DNA from: Candidatus Poriferisocius anaerobius
GTDB lineage: Bacteria; Actinomycetota; Acidimicrobiia; Acidimicrobiales; Bin134
Assembly: GCA_028278785.1 (NCBI GenBank)
Contig: JAPYOG010000067.1
Coordinates: forward strand, 24,813-48,812
Length of the DNA: 24,000 nucleotides
Direction: 5' to 3'
In this document: piece by piece, positions 14,440 through 22,296 of the stretch
Numbering within the stretch: the stretch's first letter is position 1
Layout of the letters: each line of letters begins with the position of its first letter
The notes under the pieces: generated by a model
Told to the model about the DNA's origin: nothing
The model's input: the letters and a program-made list of their open reading frames with translations, nothing else
The model's database searches: none
Position numbers and translations under genes: made by a program

Positions 14440-15626
14440 AGCCGGCGCCCCAGGATGTCGGTGACCAGCGACTCGTGCAGCTCTTCGAGCGCGTATGACA
14501 CGGCGCCGAGGAATGTGGCGCGCCGACCGAGGGTGGAGGCTGAGACTTCTACGGGCTGCGGGCATCGCTGGCACAACTCGGCGTTCACGGCCTCTACGAA
14601 CAGCGGGTTGGCTCCCACTCCACCGCCGAAGACGATCTTTTTGGGGTCGACTATGAGGCAGACGTGCAGCACGGCATCGGCCATGGCCGCCGCCGCGCTT
14701 TGCAGTGCATGGGCGGCGGCCTCGTCGCCTTGGGCGACCGCGTCGAGTATCTCGGGAACATCGGCATTGCTCGGCAGCTTGGTTGGACGTCCCGAATCGG
14801 CTGCTTGTCTGAACTGCCTGCGGATGGCCGGGGCCGAGGAGGCATCCTCTAGGATGACCGGCGGATTGGCATCGCCGGGGGAGCGGCAGAGCGCCAGCGA
14901 TCCCACTTCGCCGGCAGCGCCGGTGCCGCCTCGGTAGAGCTCTCCGTTGACGACCATGGCCAGCCCGATGCCGGTGCCTACCGAGATGGCCACGAAGTCG
15001 GCTTGATCGATGTCGAGGTCGGCTTCGGCCAGCGCGGCCAAGTTCACATCGTTGTCGATGTGAACGTCCATCTTGAGCATCTCCTCGAGCTTGGCTCGAA
15101 CCCGTACACCCTCGAATTGGGGCAGGTTCAGGGCCTGCTCGACGCAGTCCGCAGCAGCGGAGTAGATTCCCGGCACTCCGATGCAGGCTGTGTCCGCCTG
15201 TCCTCCGAGTTCCGAAAGCGCCTGATGGGCCTCTTCGGCGACACGGTTCAGAGCGGCCTCGGCGTTGGGCCCGGTTTCGATCTCTCGTTCGGCCACCACC
15301 GCCCCCACAAGATTGGCCACGCCGACGATGGTCTTGGTGGCGCCGATGTCGGCGCCCACGACGAACCCCGCCTCCGGCACGATCTCGTAGGGCATGGACG
15401 GCCTGCCCACATTTCTGTTTCTGACCGCAGTCGGTGTGCTGGTCAGCCGGATCAGCCCCGATGCCTCCAAGTCGGCCACCAGATTCGAGACTGTGGGCTT
15501 CGACAAGCCGGTCACGCGCGCGATGTCGGCGCGCGAGACGCCTTGCGGCGCCGCGTCCAACATGGCATCCACAATGCGCTGGCCGTTCAACAGCCTGAGC
15601 AGTCGGGAGTCAGAAGCGCCTCTCAT
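14436..15626 (-). CDS. ROK-family transcriptional regulator (NagC/XylR-like)
   Basis: ORF 14436..15653. The N-terminal wHTH is VSRADIARVTGLSKPTVSNLVADLEASGLI. The ROK sugar-kinase-like body has VGADIGATK and a Gly-rich GTGIG...GTGAAGEVG. ATG 15626 is preceded by GGAGA. The TTG at 15653 is the maximal start. Confidence 0.85.
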   Translation of the reverse strand: MRGASDSRLLRLLNGQRIVDAMLDAAPQGVSRADIARVTGLSKPTVSNLVADLEASGLIRLTSTPTAVRNRNVGRPSMPYEIVPEAGFVVGADIGATKTIVGVANLVGAVVAEREIETGPNAEAALNRVAEEAHQALSELGGQADTACIGVPGIYSAAADCVEQALNLPQFEGVRVRAKLEEMLKMDVHIDNDVNLAALAEADLDIDQADFVAISVGTGIGLAMVVNGELYRGGTGAAGEVGSLALCRSPGDANPPVILEDASSAPAIRRQFRQAADSGRPTKLPSNADVPEILDAVAQGDEAAAHALQSAAAAMADAVLHVCLIVDPKKIVFGGGVGANPLFVEAVNAELCQRCPQPVEVSASTLGRRATFLGAVSYALEELHESLVTDILGRRL

Positions 15627-15677
15627 GGGCCGGTGGTCTCCATCGGACAACAACCATAGCTAATCGGATGATGTGCT

Positions 15678-16724
15678 TCAGGGTTTGAACGGAGTTTCGT
15701 AACCAGCATAATCCTGTACGTATTGCAATATGTATGTGCCGCTTTCGTCGGCCGGATTCTCATGCATCACAAGCAGTTCTATGACGCCTTCAGCGCCGCG
15801 CAGGTGTGCGCCAGCTAGAAGACCTGACAGAGTTATTGTTACTGAATTTGACCGGCCGCCTGGGGGTGGGCTCACCGATGGATCAAGACCGTTCCAGGTA
15901 AGCGTTGTTCCAAGATAGTCGTCAAGTGTTTTTCCATGTTGTGCCAGGCCAGTTACGATTCCATCAAACTTGTTCTTGAAATGATCTTGGATGATTATTT
16001 TGTGTTTTTCAGGGTTTGTGAAGTCTCTGTAGTTATGAACACCGTTTTTACCCGTAAACGTACCTGCATCCCAGTGGATCACATCTGTGACATAGGTTGG
16101 TTCTGAGACTTGGTTAGGGTCAGTATCCAGAAACCCCGTTATTCCATACGCCCAGTTTGAGTTTGGTATATCTACATAGTGAGATGGATAATAGCCAGAG
16201 ACATAATGTGTGCCGTATATATAATAACCAAGGTCATGCAAGTCTGACTCTTGAAATTGAAATCCTACGAATCCCAAGTAGTTGACTACTTTAGATTGAA
16301 TGCTCTCCCAGTCGGTCAGGGGAGTGCCTTTATGAAAGAACTGGGCAATGCCAATCGCCTCAAAATACTCGCTCACTGTGAGCGGTCCGCTCATCACGGG
16401 GTTGCCTGTGCTGTAATCCCGCACGACTCGCCCCGGCTTGTATACAAGCGGGTATGGATCCAGCACTGGCTTGTCCCAATTGGTTTTGTAAAACGATTTC
16501 TGGCTCGGATCAATCGATGATTCAAATGCCCAGACAGTCTGGATGAAGTCTTCCCATGTCTTCTCATCGGGGTTCGCGTCGGCAGGGTTCACCGGGATCA
16601 CCAGGAATGCCGAAAGCGCGAGAACGAGGGCTAAGGCTCTCGCAACCCTCGTGGCGTTGCGCGCGGTCAGCTCTGCGCTCTCACCGGGTGAAAGAAGTCG
16701 GGACGATATGAACGGTGTGCTCAT
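15678..16724 (-). CDS. Secreted hypothetical protein (348 aa) in a low-GC single-gene island
   Basis: Within ORF 15678..17009. From ATG 16724: MSTPFISS...RVARALALVLALSAFLVIPVNPADA|NPDE (signal-peptide-like). Base composition is clearly lower in G+C than both flanks. I do not confidently recognise a family. Confidence 0.7.
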   Translation of the reverse strand: MSTPFISSRLLSPGESAELTARNATRVARALALVLALSAFLVIPVNPADANPDEKTWEDFIQTVWAFESSIDPSQKSFYKTNWDKPVLDPYPLVYKPGRVVRDYSTGNPVMSGPLTVSEYFEAIGIAQFFHKGTPLTDWESIQSKVVNYLGFVGFQFQESDLHDLGYYIYGTHYVSGYYPSHYVDIPNSNWAYGITGFLDTDPNQVSEPTYVTDVIHWDAGTFTGKNGVHNYRDFTNPEKHKIIIQDHFKNKFDGIVTGLAQHGKTLDDYLGTTLTWNGLDPSVSPPPGGRSNSVTITLSGLLAGAHLRGAEGVIELLVMHENPADESGTYILQYVQDYAGYETPFKP

Positions 16725-16761
16725 TTGCTGTGTTTTTCCCCTCGCTGCTGCTTGCTGGCTC

Positions 16762-16790
16762 AGCATAAGGCGGATTCGATAGTTCGTCAA
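16762..16790 (-). promoter_or_regulatory. Sigma-70-like promoter for the low-GC secreted-protein gene
   Basis: On the minus strand: TTGACG (16790-16785), 17-nt spacer, TATGCT (16767-16762), about 38 nt upstream of ATG 16724. The alternative ATG at 16766 lies inside the -10 hexamer. Confidence 0.4.
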
Positions 16791-16896
16791 GATTACTAAC
16801 TTTTTGCCTCGGGGGATCATTCGCGCTTTTGCCGGCGCGCGCCGAGAGCTGATCGGGGCGCCCCCGCAGCGCCGTTTCAACCGGGGGCCGTGAAGC

Positions 16897-18846
16897 TCAG
16901 ACGGCTGCCGGGGGGCGGAGGCGGTCGGCGATGGCCCTGGTGAGGCGATCGAGGATGCTGGCCAACAGCACGATGGCGATGCCGGCCTCGAAACCCCGGC
17001 CCACTGCATCGCTGCGCCGCAACCCCCGCACTGCCTCCAAACCCAAACCGCCGCCGCCGACCAGCCCGGCGATGACCACCATGGCCAGGATGAGCATGAT
17101 CACCTGGTTCACCGCCACCATCAGCTCGGGCGCGGCCAGGGGCATCTCCACCCGGCGCAAGCGCTGGCTGCGGGTGGCGCCGAAGCTCTCGGCCGCCTCG
17201 TGTATCTCGGAGGGCACCCGGCGCAGCCCCAGATCGGTGTAGTGGACCGCGGCGGGCAGGGCGTAGATCACCGAGGCGATGATGCCGGGGATGCGGCCCA
17301 CATGGAACAGGGTTATCACCGGAACCAGCAGCACGAAGCTGGGGATGGTCTGGAAGAAGTCCAGCACCGGTTTGACAGCGGTTCGGAGCAGGTCGTTGTG
17401 CGCGGTCAATATGCCCACCGGCACACCTATGGCCAAGGTGGCGGCCACTCCCACGATGGTTTGGGCCAAGGTGTCCATCGACAGCGCCCACATGCCCAGC
17501 AGTCCGATGGCGAGCAATGCCGCTCCGATCCCGATGGCCAGGCGCAGCCCCCGTGCCCAGAGGCCGAGCACCATCCCGATCCCGATCATGGCCGGCCACG
17601 GGATGTCGGCTGAGAGCAGCTCGCGCAGCGGGGTGACGAACTCCAAGGTGACGAAGTCGCTGAAGGGGCCCGTGCCGATCCCCGAGCCGCCGATGTCGTA
17701 GAGGTTGTCCCGAGCCCAGTCCACGGCGTCGTCCACGTAGGGGGCGAACTGCCAGTTCAGCGATTCGGGGAACTCGTTGTGGCCGAGCAAGCCGCCGGCG
17801 GCGGCCGCCGCGAGGACCGCGGCGGCAAGCCATCTAATGGCCGGGGCGTCGCGGCCCGGGTCTGCGGTGGCGATTCCGGTGGAGAAGCGGTCCAGGATTA
17901 TGGCCATGATCACGATGGCGATGCCCGCCTCCGACGCCTGTCCCACTTCGATGCTCTGCATGGCCCGCAGCACCACTTGGCCCAGGCCGCCCGCCCCGAT
18001 GAAGGCGGCGATTACCACCATGCTCATGGCCAGCATGGTGGTCTGGTTCATGCCCGCGAAAATGGCCGGTCGGGCCTGGGGCAGGCGCACCAGCCGAAGG
18101 GTCTGGCGCTCGGTGGCCCCGAACATCTCCGATGCTTCGACGGTGACCTGCGGCACCGTGCGCAGTCCGACTTCGGTGAGCCTCACCACAGGAGCGAGTG
18201 CGAAGATCACGGTGGAGATGAGGGCGGGAACCCGCCCGACCCCGAAGAGCAGCACGAAGGGGATGAGGTAGACGAACCCCGGCATGGTCTGCATGGCGTC
18301 CATGGTGGGGCGGATCACCTTGGACACGGCATCGAAGCGCCAGGCGGCAATGCCCAGCGGAATGCCGATGACCATGGCGATCAGCACCGACACCCCCATC
18401 AGGGCCAGGGTGGCGAACGACTCCTCCCAGAGGTCGATCACCCCGATCAGCGACACGCCGGCCAAGCCCAGCGCACCGGCCGCCCGCCCCCGGGTCCACC
18501 ACAGGCCGACTCCGGTGAGCAGCGGGTAGCAGTACCAGGGGAGCCATCTGAGCAGGGACTCCAGCCGGCGGATTCCCCAGTCGATGGCGTCGGTGATCGG
18601 ATTCAGCAAAACGGCGTACAGCCAATGGGAGGTCTGGTTGTTGATCAGCCAGCGGCGGGCCCGGTCGATGGGGTCGGCCAGCCCGATGTCCCAGGATTCG
18701 GGGAAGACGCTGACATCGGTGAACAGCCGGAAGCCCAGCACCAGCACCGCAACGGCGCCCAAAGCCAGAACCGAGCGCGCCAGCCGGCTGTCTGAGGCGC
18801 TTCGGCGCCCGTTGGCCTTTGGGCGGGCTTCCTGCGCCACCGTCAT
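16897..18846 (-). CDS. Fused tandem ProW/OpuAB-type ABC permease (two permease domains in one 649-aa chain) for choline/glycine betaine
   Basis: There are two internally homologous halves. Half 1: ...PGFVYLIPFVLLFGVGRVPALISTVIFALAPVVRLTEVGLRTVP...EASEMFGATERQTL. Half 2: ...PSFVLLVPVITLFHVGRIPGIIASVIYALPAAVHYTDLGLRRVP...EAAESFGATRSQRL. The start overlaps the ATPase stop (ATGA 18843-18846). Confidence 0.85.
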   Translation of the reverse strand: MTVAQEARPKANGRRSASDSRLARSVLALGAVAVLVLGFRLFTDVSVFPESWDIGLADPIDRARRWLINNQTSHWLYAVLLNPITDAIDWGIRRLESLLRWLPWYCYPLLTGVGLWWTRGRAAGALGLAGVSLIGVIDLWEESFATLALMGVSVLIAMVIGIPLGIAAWRFDAVSKVIRPTMDAMQTMPGFVYLIPFVLLFGVGRVPALISTVIFALAPVVRLTEVGLRTVPQVTVEASEMFGATERQTLRLVRLPQARPAIFAGMNQTTMLAMSMVVIAAFIGAGGLGQVVLRAMQSIEVGQASEAGIAIVIMAIILDRFSTGIATADPGRDAPAIRWLAAAVLAAAAAGGLLGHNEFPESLNWQFAPYVDDAVDWARDNLYDIGGSGIGTGPFSDFVTLEFVTPLRELLSADIPWPAMIGIGMVLGLWARGLRLAIGIGAALLAIGLLGMWALSMDTLAQTIVGVAATLAIGVPVGILTAHNDLLRTAVKPVLDFFQTIPSFVLLVPVITLFHVGRIPGIIASVIYALPAAVHYTDLGLRRVPSEIHEAAESFGATRSQRLRRVEMPLAAPELMVAVNQVIMLILAMVVIAGLVGGGGLGLEAVRGLRRSDAVGRGFEAGIAIVLLASILDRLTRAIADRLRPPAAV

Positions 18847-19898
18847 GGGCGGTTCTCAGAGATCGCGCCCGCGACATCCTCCCCGTGGAGCAGACCCACC
18901 GGCGTGCCGCCCTCATCGCACACCACCACTGGCGAGGTGGACCCGAGCAGGTGGGGCAGCGCTGTCTCCAGCGGCGCGCTCGACGAGACCGGCGGCCAGC
19001 CGGGGTCGATGGCGGCACCGTCGAGGGGCCGCATCAGCGAGCAGGCCGGCAGGACCTTGGCGATCGGGGCATCCTGGGTGAACGCCCGGACGTAGTCGTC
19101 CGCCGGGCTGGTGAGGATCTCCAGCGGGGTGCCGACCTGAACGAACGCCCCGTCGTTCATGATGGCGATTCGGTCGGCGAGCTTCAGCGCCTCGGCGAAG
19201 TCATGGGTGATGAACACCAGCGTCCGCCGGAGCTTGACCTGGAGGTCGATCAGCTCGTCTTGCATGTCCCGGCGGATGAGCGGATCGAGGGCGGAGAAAG
19301 GCTCGTCGAAGAACAGCACCTCAGGGTCCACGGCGAGGGCCCGGGCCAAGCCCACCCGCTGCTGCATGCCGCCGCTGAGCTGCTGGGGGTAGTGGTCGCC
19401 CCAGCCCTCCAAACCAACCGTGTCCAACAGCTCCCGGGCCCGACTTTGGCGTTGTCGGCGCTCCACCCCCTGCACTTCGAGCCCGTAGGCCACGTTGTCC
19501 ACCACCTTGCGGTGGGGGAACAACCCGAAGTGCTGGAACACCATGGCCATCTTCTGGCGCCGCAGCTCGCGCAGCTTGGCGCTGCCGGCTTGCGTGAGGT
19601 CGGTGCCGCACACCTCCACCCTTCCCTCGGTGGGCTCGACCAGATGGGAGACGCAGCGGATGAGCGTGGACTTGCCCGAGCCGGACAGGCCCATGACCAC
19701 GAACGTCTCTCCTGGGGCCACGTGGAAGGAGGCGCCGCGCACGGCCACCACGCTGCCGGTGGCGGTTTGGATCTCCTCCCGGGTGTGTCCGGCCTCGGCC
19801 ATCTCACGGGCCTCGCGGGGCCTGCGCCCGAAGACCTTCCACACACCCTCGACTCGAACCTGTGCCGGATCTCCGGCTGTGACCGATGCTGCGTCCAT
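18843..19898 (-). CDS. ProV/OpuAA-type ABC ATP-binding protein with a C-terminal CBS-like extension
   Basis: 351-aa ORF. Walker A is GLSGSGKST, the signature is LSGGMQQRVGLARA and Walker B is VLFFDEPFSALD. It also has the QHFGLFPHRKVVDNV and ITHDFAEALKLADRIAIMNDG motifs typical of ProV. Confidence 0.88.
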   Translation of the reverse strand: MDAASVTAGDPAQVRVEGVWKVFGRRPREAREMAEAGHTREEIQTATGSVVAVRGASFHVAPGETFVVMGLSGSGKSTLIRCVSHLVEPTEGRVEVCGTDLTQAGSAKLRELRRQKMAMVFQHFGLFPHRKVVDNVAYGLEVQGVERRQRQSRARELLDTVGLEGWGDHYPQQLSGGMQQRVGLARALAVDPEVLFFDEPFSALDPLIRRDMQDELIDLQVKLRRTLVFITHDFAEALKLADRIAIMNDGAFVQVGTPLEILTSPADDYVRAFTQDAPIAKVLPACSLMRPLDGAAIDPGWPPVSSSAPLETALPHLLGSTSPVVVCDEGGTPVGLLHGEDVAGAISENRP

Positions 19899-19946
19899 TG
19901 AGGCCCCCGGTGCCAGACCTTACCGTCCGCGCCGCCGGGTGTTGCG

Positions 19947-20567
19947 GTGGGCTACCCTCACACGGCAATGGGAGAGGCGGCCGAGCGGCCCATGAGTCTG
20001 CCGGTGCAGGAGCGCGCAATGCTGACCCGTGACCGGATCCTCCAAGCGGCCACCGAGGTGATCGCCCAGGAGGGCGCATCGGCGCTGACCCTCGACAGGG
20101 TTGCGGCCCAGGCGGGAGTGAGCAAAGGCGGTTTTCTCTACCACTTCGGCTCCAAGGATGCGCTGATCGTCGGGCTGCTCAACCAGGTGATGGGAGTGCT
20201 GGACAGCGAGCTCAATGTCCTGGCCGACGGCATCGACGCCCGCCGGGGTGCCTTCGCGCTGGCGTACCTCGACTATGTCCGGGAGCCGACGAAGGCGTCC
20301 ACCGATACCGCGGTGTCGATTCTGGCCGCAGCAGCGCTGGACGACGACCTCTTGGACAGCACGCGGGACACTTTTCGACGCTGGCAGGACCGGTTGCGCC
20401 AAGACGACGGGCTCGACGAGGTGAAGGCGCTGCTGGCCCGGATCGTGGGCGACGGACTCTGGCTCATCGATCTGTTCGGGCTGGCCCCGCCCACCGCAGA
20501 GGAGCGCCGCAAGGTGCTCGACCTCGTCTCGGGAATGATCACCGATCATGGGCGGCGCGGCGCCTGA
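19947..20567 (+). CDS. TetR-family transcriptional regulator (possible BetI-like regulator of the cluster)
   Basis: 206-aa maximal ORF. The HTH is [47 protein letters not shown]. An alternative start, ATG 20019, has GGAG 6 nt upstream. The gene is divergent from the ProV-like gene (48-bp gap). Its 3' end overlaps the betA 3' end by 29 nt. Confidence 0.85.
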   Translation: MGYPHTAMGEAAERPMSLPVQERAMLTRDRILQAATEVIAQEGASALTLDRVAAQAGVSKGGFLYHFGSKDALIVGLLNQVMGVLDSELNVLADGIDARRGAFALAYLDYVREPTKASTDTAVSILAAAALDDDLLDSTRDTFRRWQDRLRQDDGLDEVKALLARIVGDGLWLIDLFGLAPPTAEERRKVLDLVSGMITDHGRRGA

Positions 20568-22197
20568 TCGAATCGGACGAATAGACCGGGGCGTCTTGGG
20601 GGGCGAGGGGCTCGTTGCCCAAGACGAGGTCGGCCGCCTTCTCGGCGATCATCATCACCGGGGCGTAGATGTTGCCGTTGGTGATGGCGGGCATCACCGA
20701 TGCGTCCACCACCATGAGACCCTCGGCGCCGTACACCTGCATGGTCTCGGGATCCACCACTGACCGGCTGTCGGTCCCCATGCGGGCCGTTCCCGACGGG
20801 TGCAGCGCGGTCTCGGCGTCGCTGGCCACCCAGTCCATGATTTCCTGGTCGGTGGCGACGTCGGGGCCGGGCGAGAGCTCGCCGGCGTTATAGGCGGCAA
20901 ACGCCGGCTGGCCCATGATCTTGCGGGTGACCCTTATGGCCTCCACCCATTCGCGTCGGTCCTGCTCAGTGGAGAGGTAGTTGAACAAGATGGCGGGCTT
21001 CACCGCTGGGTCGCGTGAGGTGATCTGAAGGCGGCCGCGGGAATCGGAGTACATGGGCCCTACATGGACTTGGTAGCCGTGGCCGGTGCTCGGAGACGAG
21101 CCGTCGTAGCGGACCGCTAGGGGCAGGAAGTGGAACATCAGGTTGGGGTACGCCTCATCGGGATTCGAGCGCACAAAGCCGCCGCCCTCGAAGTGGTTGG
21201 TGGCGCCTGGTCCTCGCCGGGCCAGCCATTGCAAGCCGATCCAGGGTCGGCGCCACCGCTTGAGGTGGGGTTGCATCGACACAGGCTGGCTGGATGCGTG
21301 CTGTATGTACACCTCGAGGTGGTCTTGGAGGTTCTCGCCCACGCCGGGCAGGTCGGCCACAACCGGGATGCCCAGAGACTCGGAGAGGCCGGCCGGCCCC
21401 ACCCCCGAAAGCTGGAGAAGCTGCGCTGATCCGAATGCCCCGGCGCACAGCAGGATGCGCGCTCCCCGGGCGGTGTGCGTCCGTCCCCGCCGCCGGTACT
21501 CCACGCCCACCGCCCGGTTCTGGTCGAACAGCACCCGGCTGATTAGAGCGCCGGTTTCCACTTTGAGGTTCTCGCGGCCCATCACCGGGTGCAGGTAGGC
21601 CCGCGATGCCGAGAGCCGCCGGCCGCGGTGGAGGTTGCGGTCGAAGGCGGCGAACCCCTCCTGGCGGTGGCCGTTGACGTCTTCGGTCATCTCGTACCCC
21701 GCCTCTTGCACCGCCTTGAAGAAGGCGGTGAACAGAGGGCTGTCGGCCGGTCCCCGCTCCAGCACCAGCGGTCCTGCGCCCCCCCTCCACTGGTCCGCTC
21801 CTGCCAGACAGGTCTCCATGCGCTTGAAGTACGGCAGGCAGTGGCGGTAGTCCCACGTCTCCATGCCGGGTTCGGCGGCCCACTTGTTGTAATCAGCGGG
21901 GTTTCCCCGCTGGAAGATCATGCCGTTGATGGAACTGGAGCCGCCCAGCACCTTGCCTCGGGCGTGGTAGATCCTGCGGCCGCCCATGTGGGGCTCCGGC
22001 TCGCTCTGGTATTTCCAGTCGTAGAAGCGGCTGCCGATGGGAAACGCCAGGGCTGCTGGCATGTGGATGAACACATCCCACTTGTAGTCCCGCCGCCCGG
22101 CTTCCAGAACCAGCACCCTGTTGGCTGGGTCTGTGCTCAGCCGGTTGGCCAGCGCGCAGCCGGCAGAGCCGCCTCCGACGATGATGAAGTCGTACAA
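20539..22197 (-). CDS. betA: Choline dehydrogenase (GMC oxidoreductase)
   Basis: 552-aa ORF, colinear with E. coli BetA: [82 protein letters not shown]. The TTG start is preceded by AGGAG (6-nt spacer). Confidence 0.88.
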   Translation of the reverse strand: MYDFIIVGGGSAGCALANRLSTDPANRVLVLEAGRRDYKWDVFIHMPAALAFPIGSRFYDWKYQSEPEPHMGGRRIYHARGKVLGGSSSINGMIFQRGNPADYNKWAAEPGMETWDYRHCLPYFKRMETCLAGADQWRGGAGPLVLERGPADSPLFTAFFKAVQEAGYEMTEDVNGHRQEGFAAFDRNLHRGRRLSASRAYLHPVMGRENLKVETGALISRVLFDQNRAVGVEYRRRGRTHTARGARILLCAGAFGSAQLLQLSGVGPAGLSESLGIPVVADLPGVGENLQDHLEVYIQHASSQPVSMQPHLKRWRRPWIGLQWLARRGPGATNHFEGGGFVRSNPDEAYPNLMFHFLPLAVRYDGSSPSTGHGYQVHVGPMYSDSRGRLQITSRDPAVKPAILFNYLSTEQDRREWVEAIRVTRKIMGQPAFAAYNAGELSPGPDVATDQEIMDWVASDAETALHPSGTARMGTDSRSVVDPETMQVYGAEGLMVVDASVMPAITNGNIYAPVMMIAEKAADLVLGNEPLAPQDAPVYSSDSIRRRAAHDR

Positions 22198-22204
22198 CGA
22201 CTGC

Positions 22205-22235
22205 TCCTCTGGGAAGATGGGATCCTCTGGGAAGA
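22205..22235. repeat. 13-nt perfect direct repeat (period 18) covering the betA ribosome-binding region
   Basis: tcctctgggaaga occurs at 22205-22217 and 22223-22235. On the coding strand: TCTTCCCAGAGGA-TCCCA-TCTTCCCAGAGGA-GCAGTCG-TTG. Confidence 0.85.
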
Positions 22236-22239
22236 CGGT

Positions 22240-22285
22240 AGAGCCGGCGCCGGCAAGTTCCCGCAGGCCCGCCGGCGCCGGCTCT
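22240..22285 (-). terminator. 15-bp GC stem-loop between the OpuAC-like gene and betA (intercistronic attenuator, terminator or mRNA stabiliser)
   Basis: agagccggcgccggc (22240-22254) is the exact reverse complement of gccggcgccggctct (22271-22285), with a 16-nt loop. It begins 12 nt after the SBP stop. There is no U-tract. Confidence 0.45.
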
Positions 22286-22296
22286 CAGGCTGGAGC

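Noticed and set aside
16830-16896. GC palindromes downstream of the fused permease gene (cggcgcgcgccg, ggggcgcccc) as a terminator.
   Set aside because: They are short self-complementary words rather than a stem-loop with a loop and a U-tract. They may still contribute to termination, but I cannot support a call.
20539-20567. 29-nt tail-to-tail overlap of the TetR gene and betA as a possible antisense regulatory device.
   Set aside because: Short convergent overlaps are common in compact high-GC genomes. Nothing in the sequence indicates a specific mechanism.
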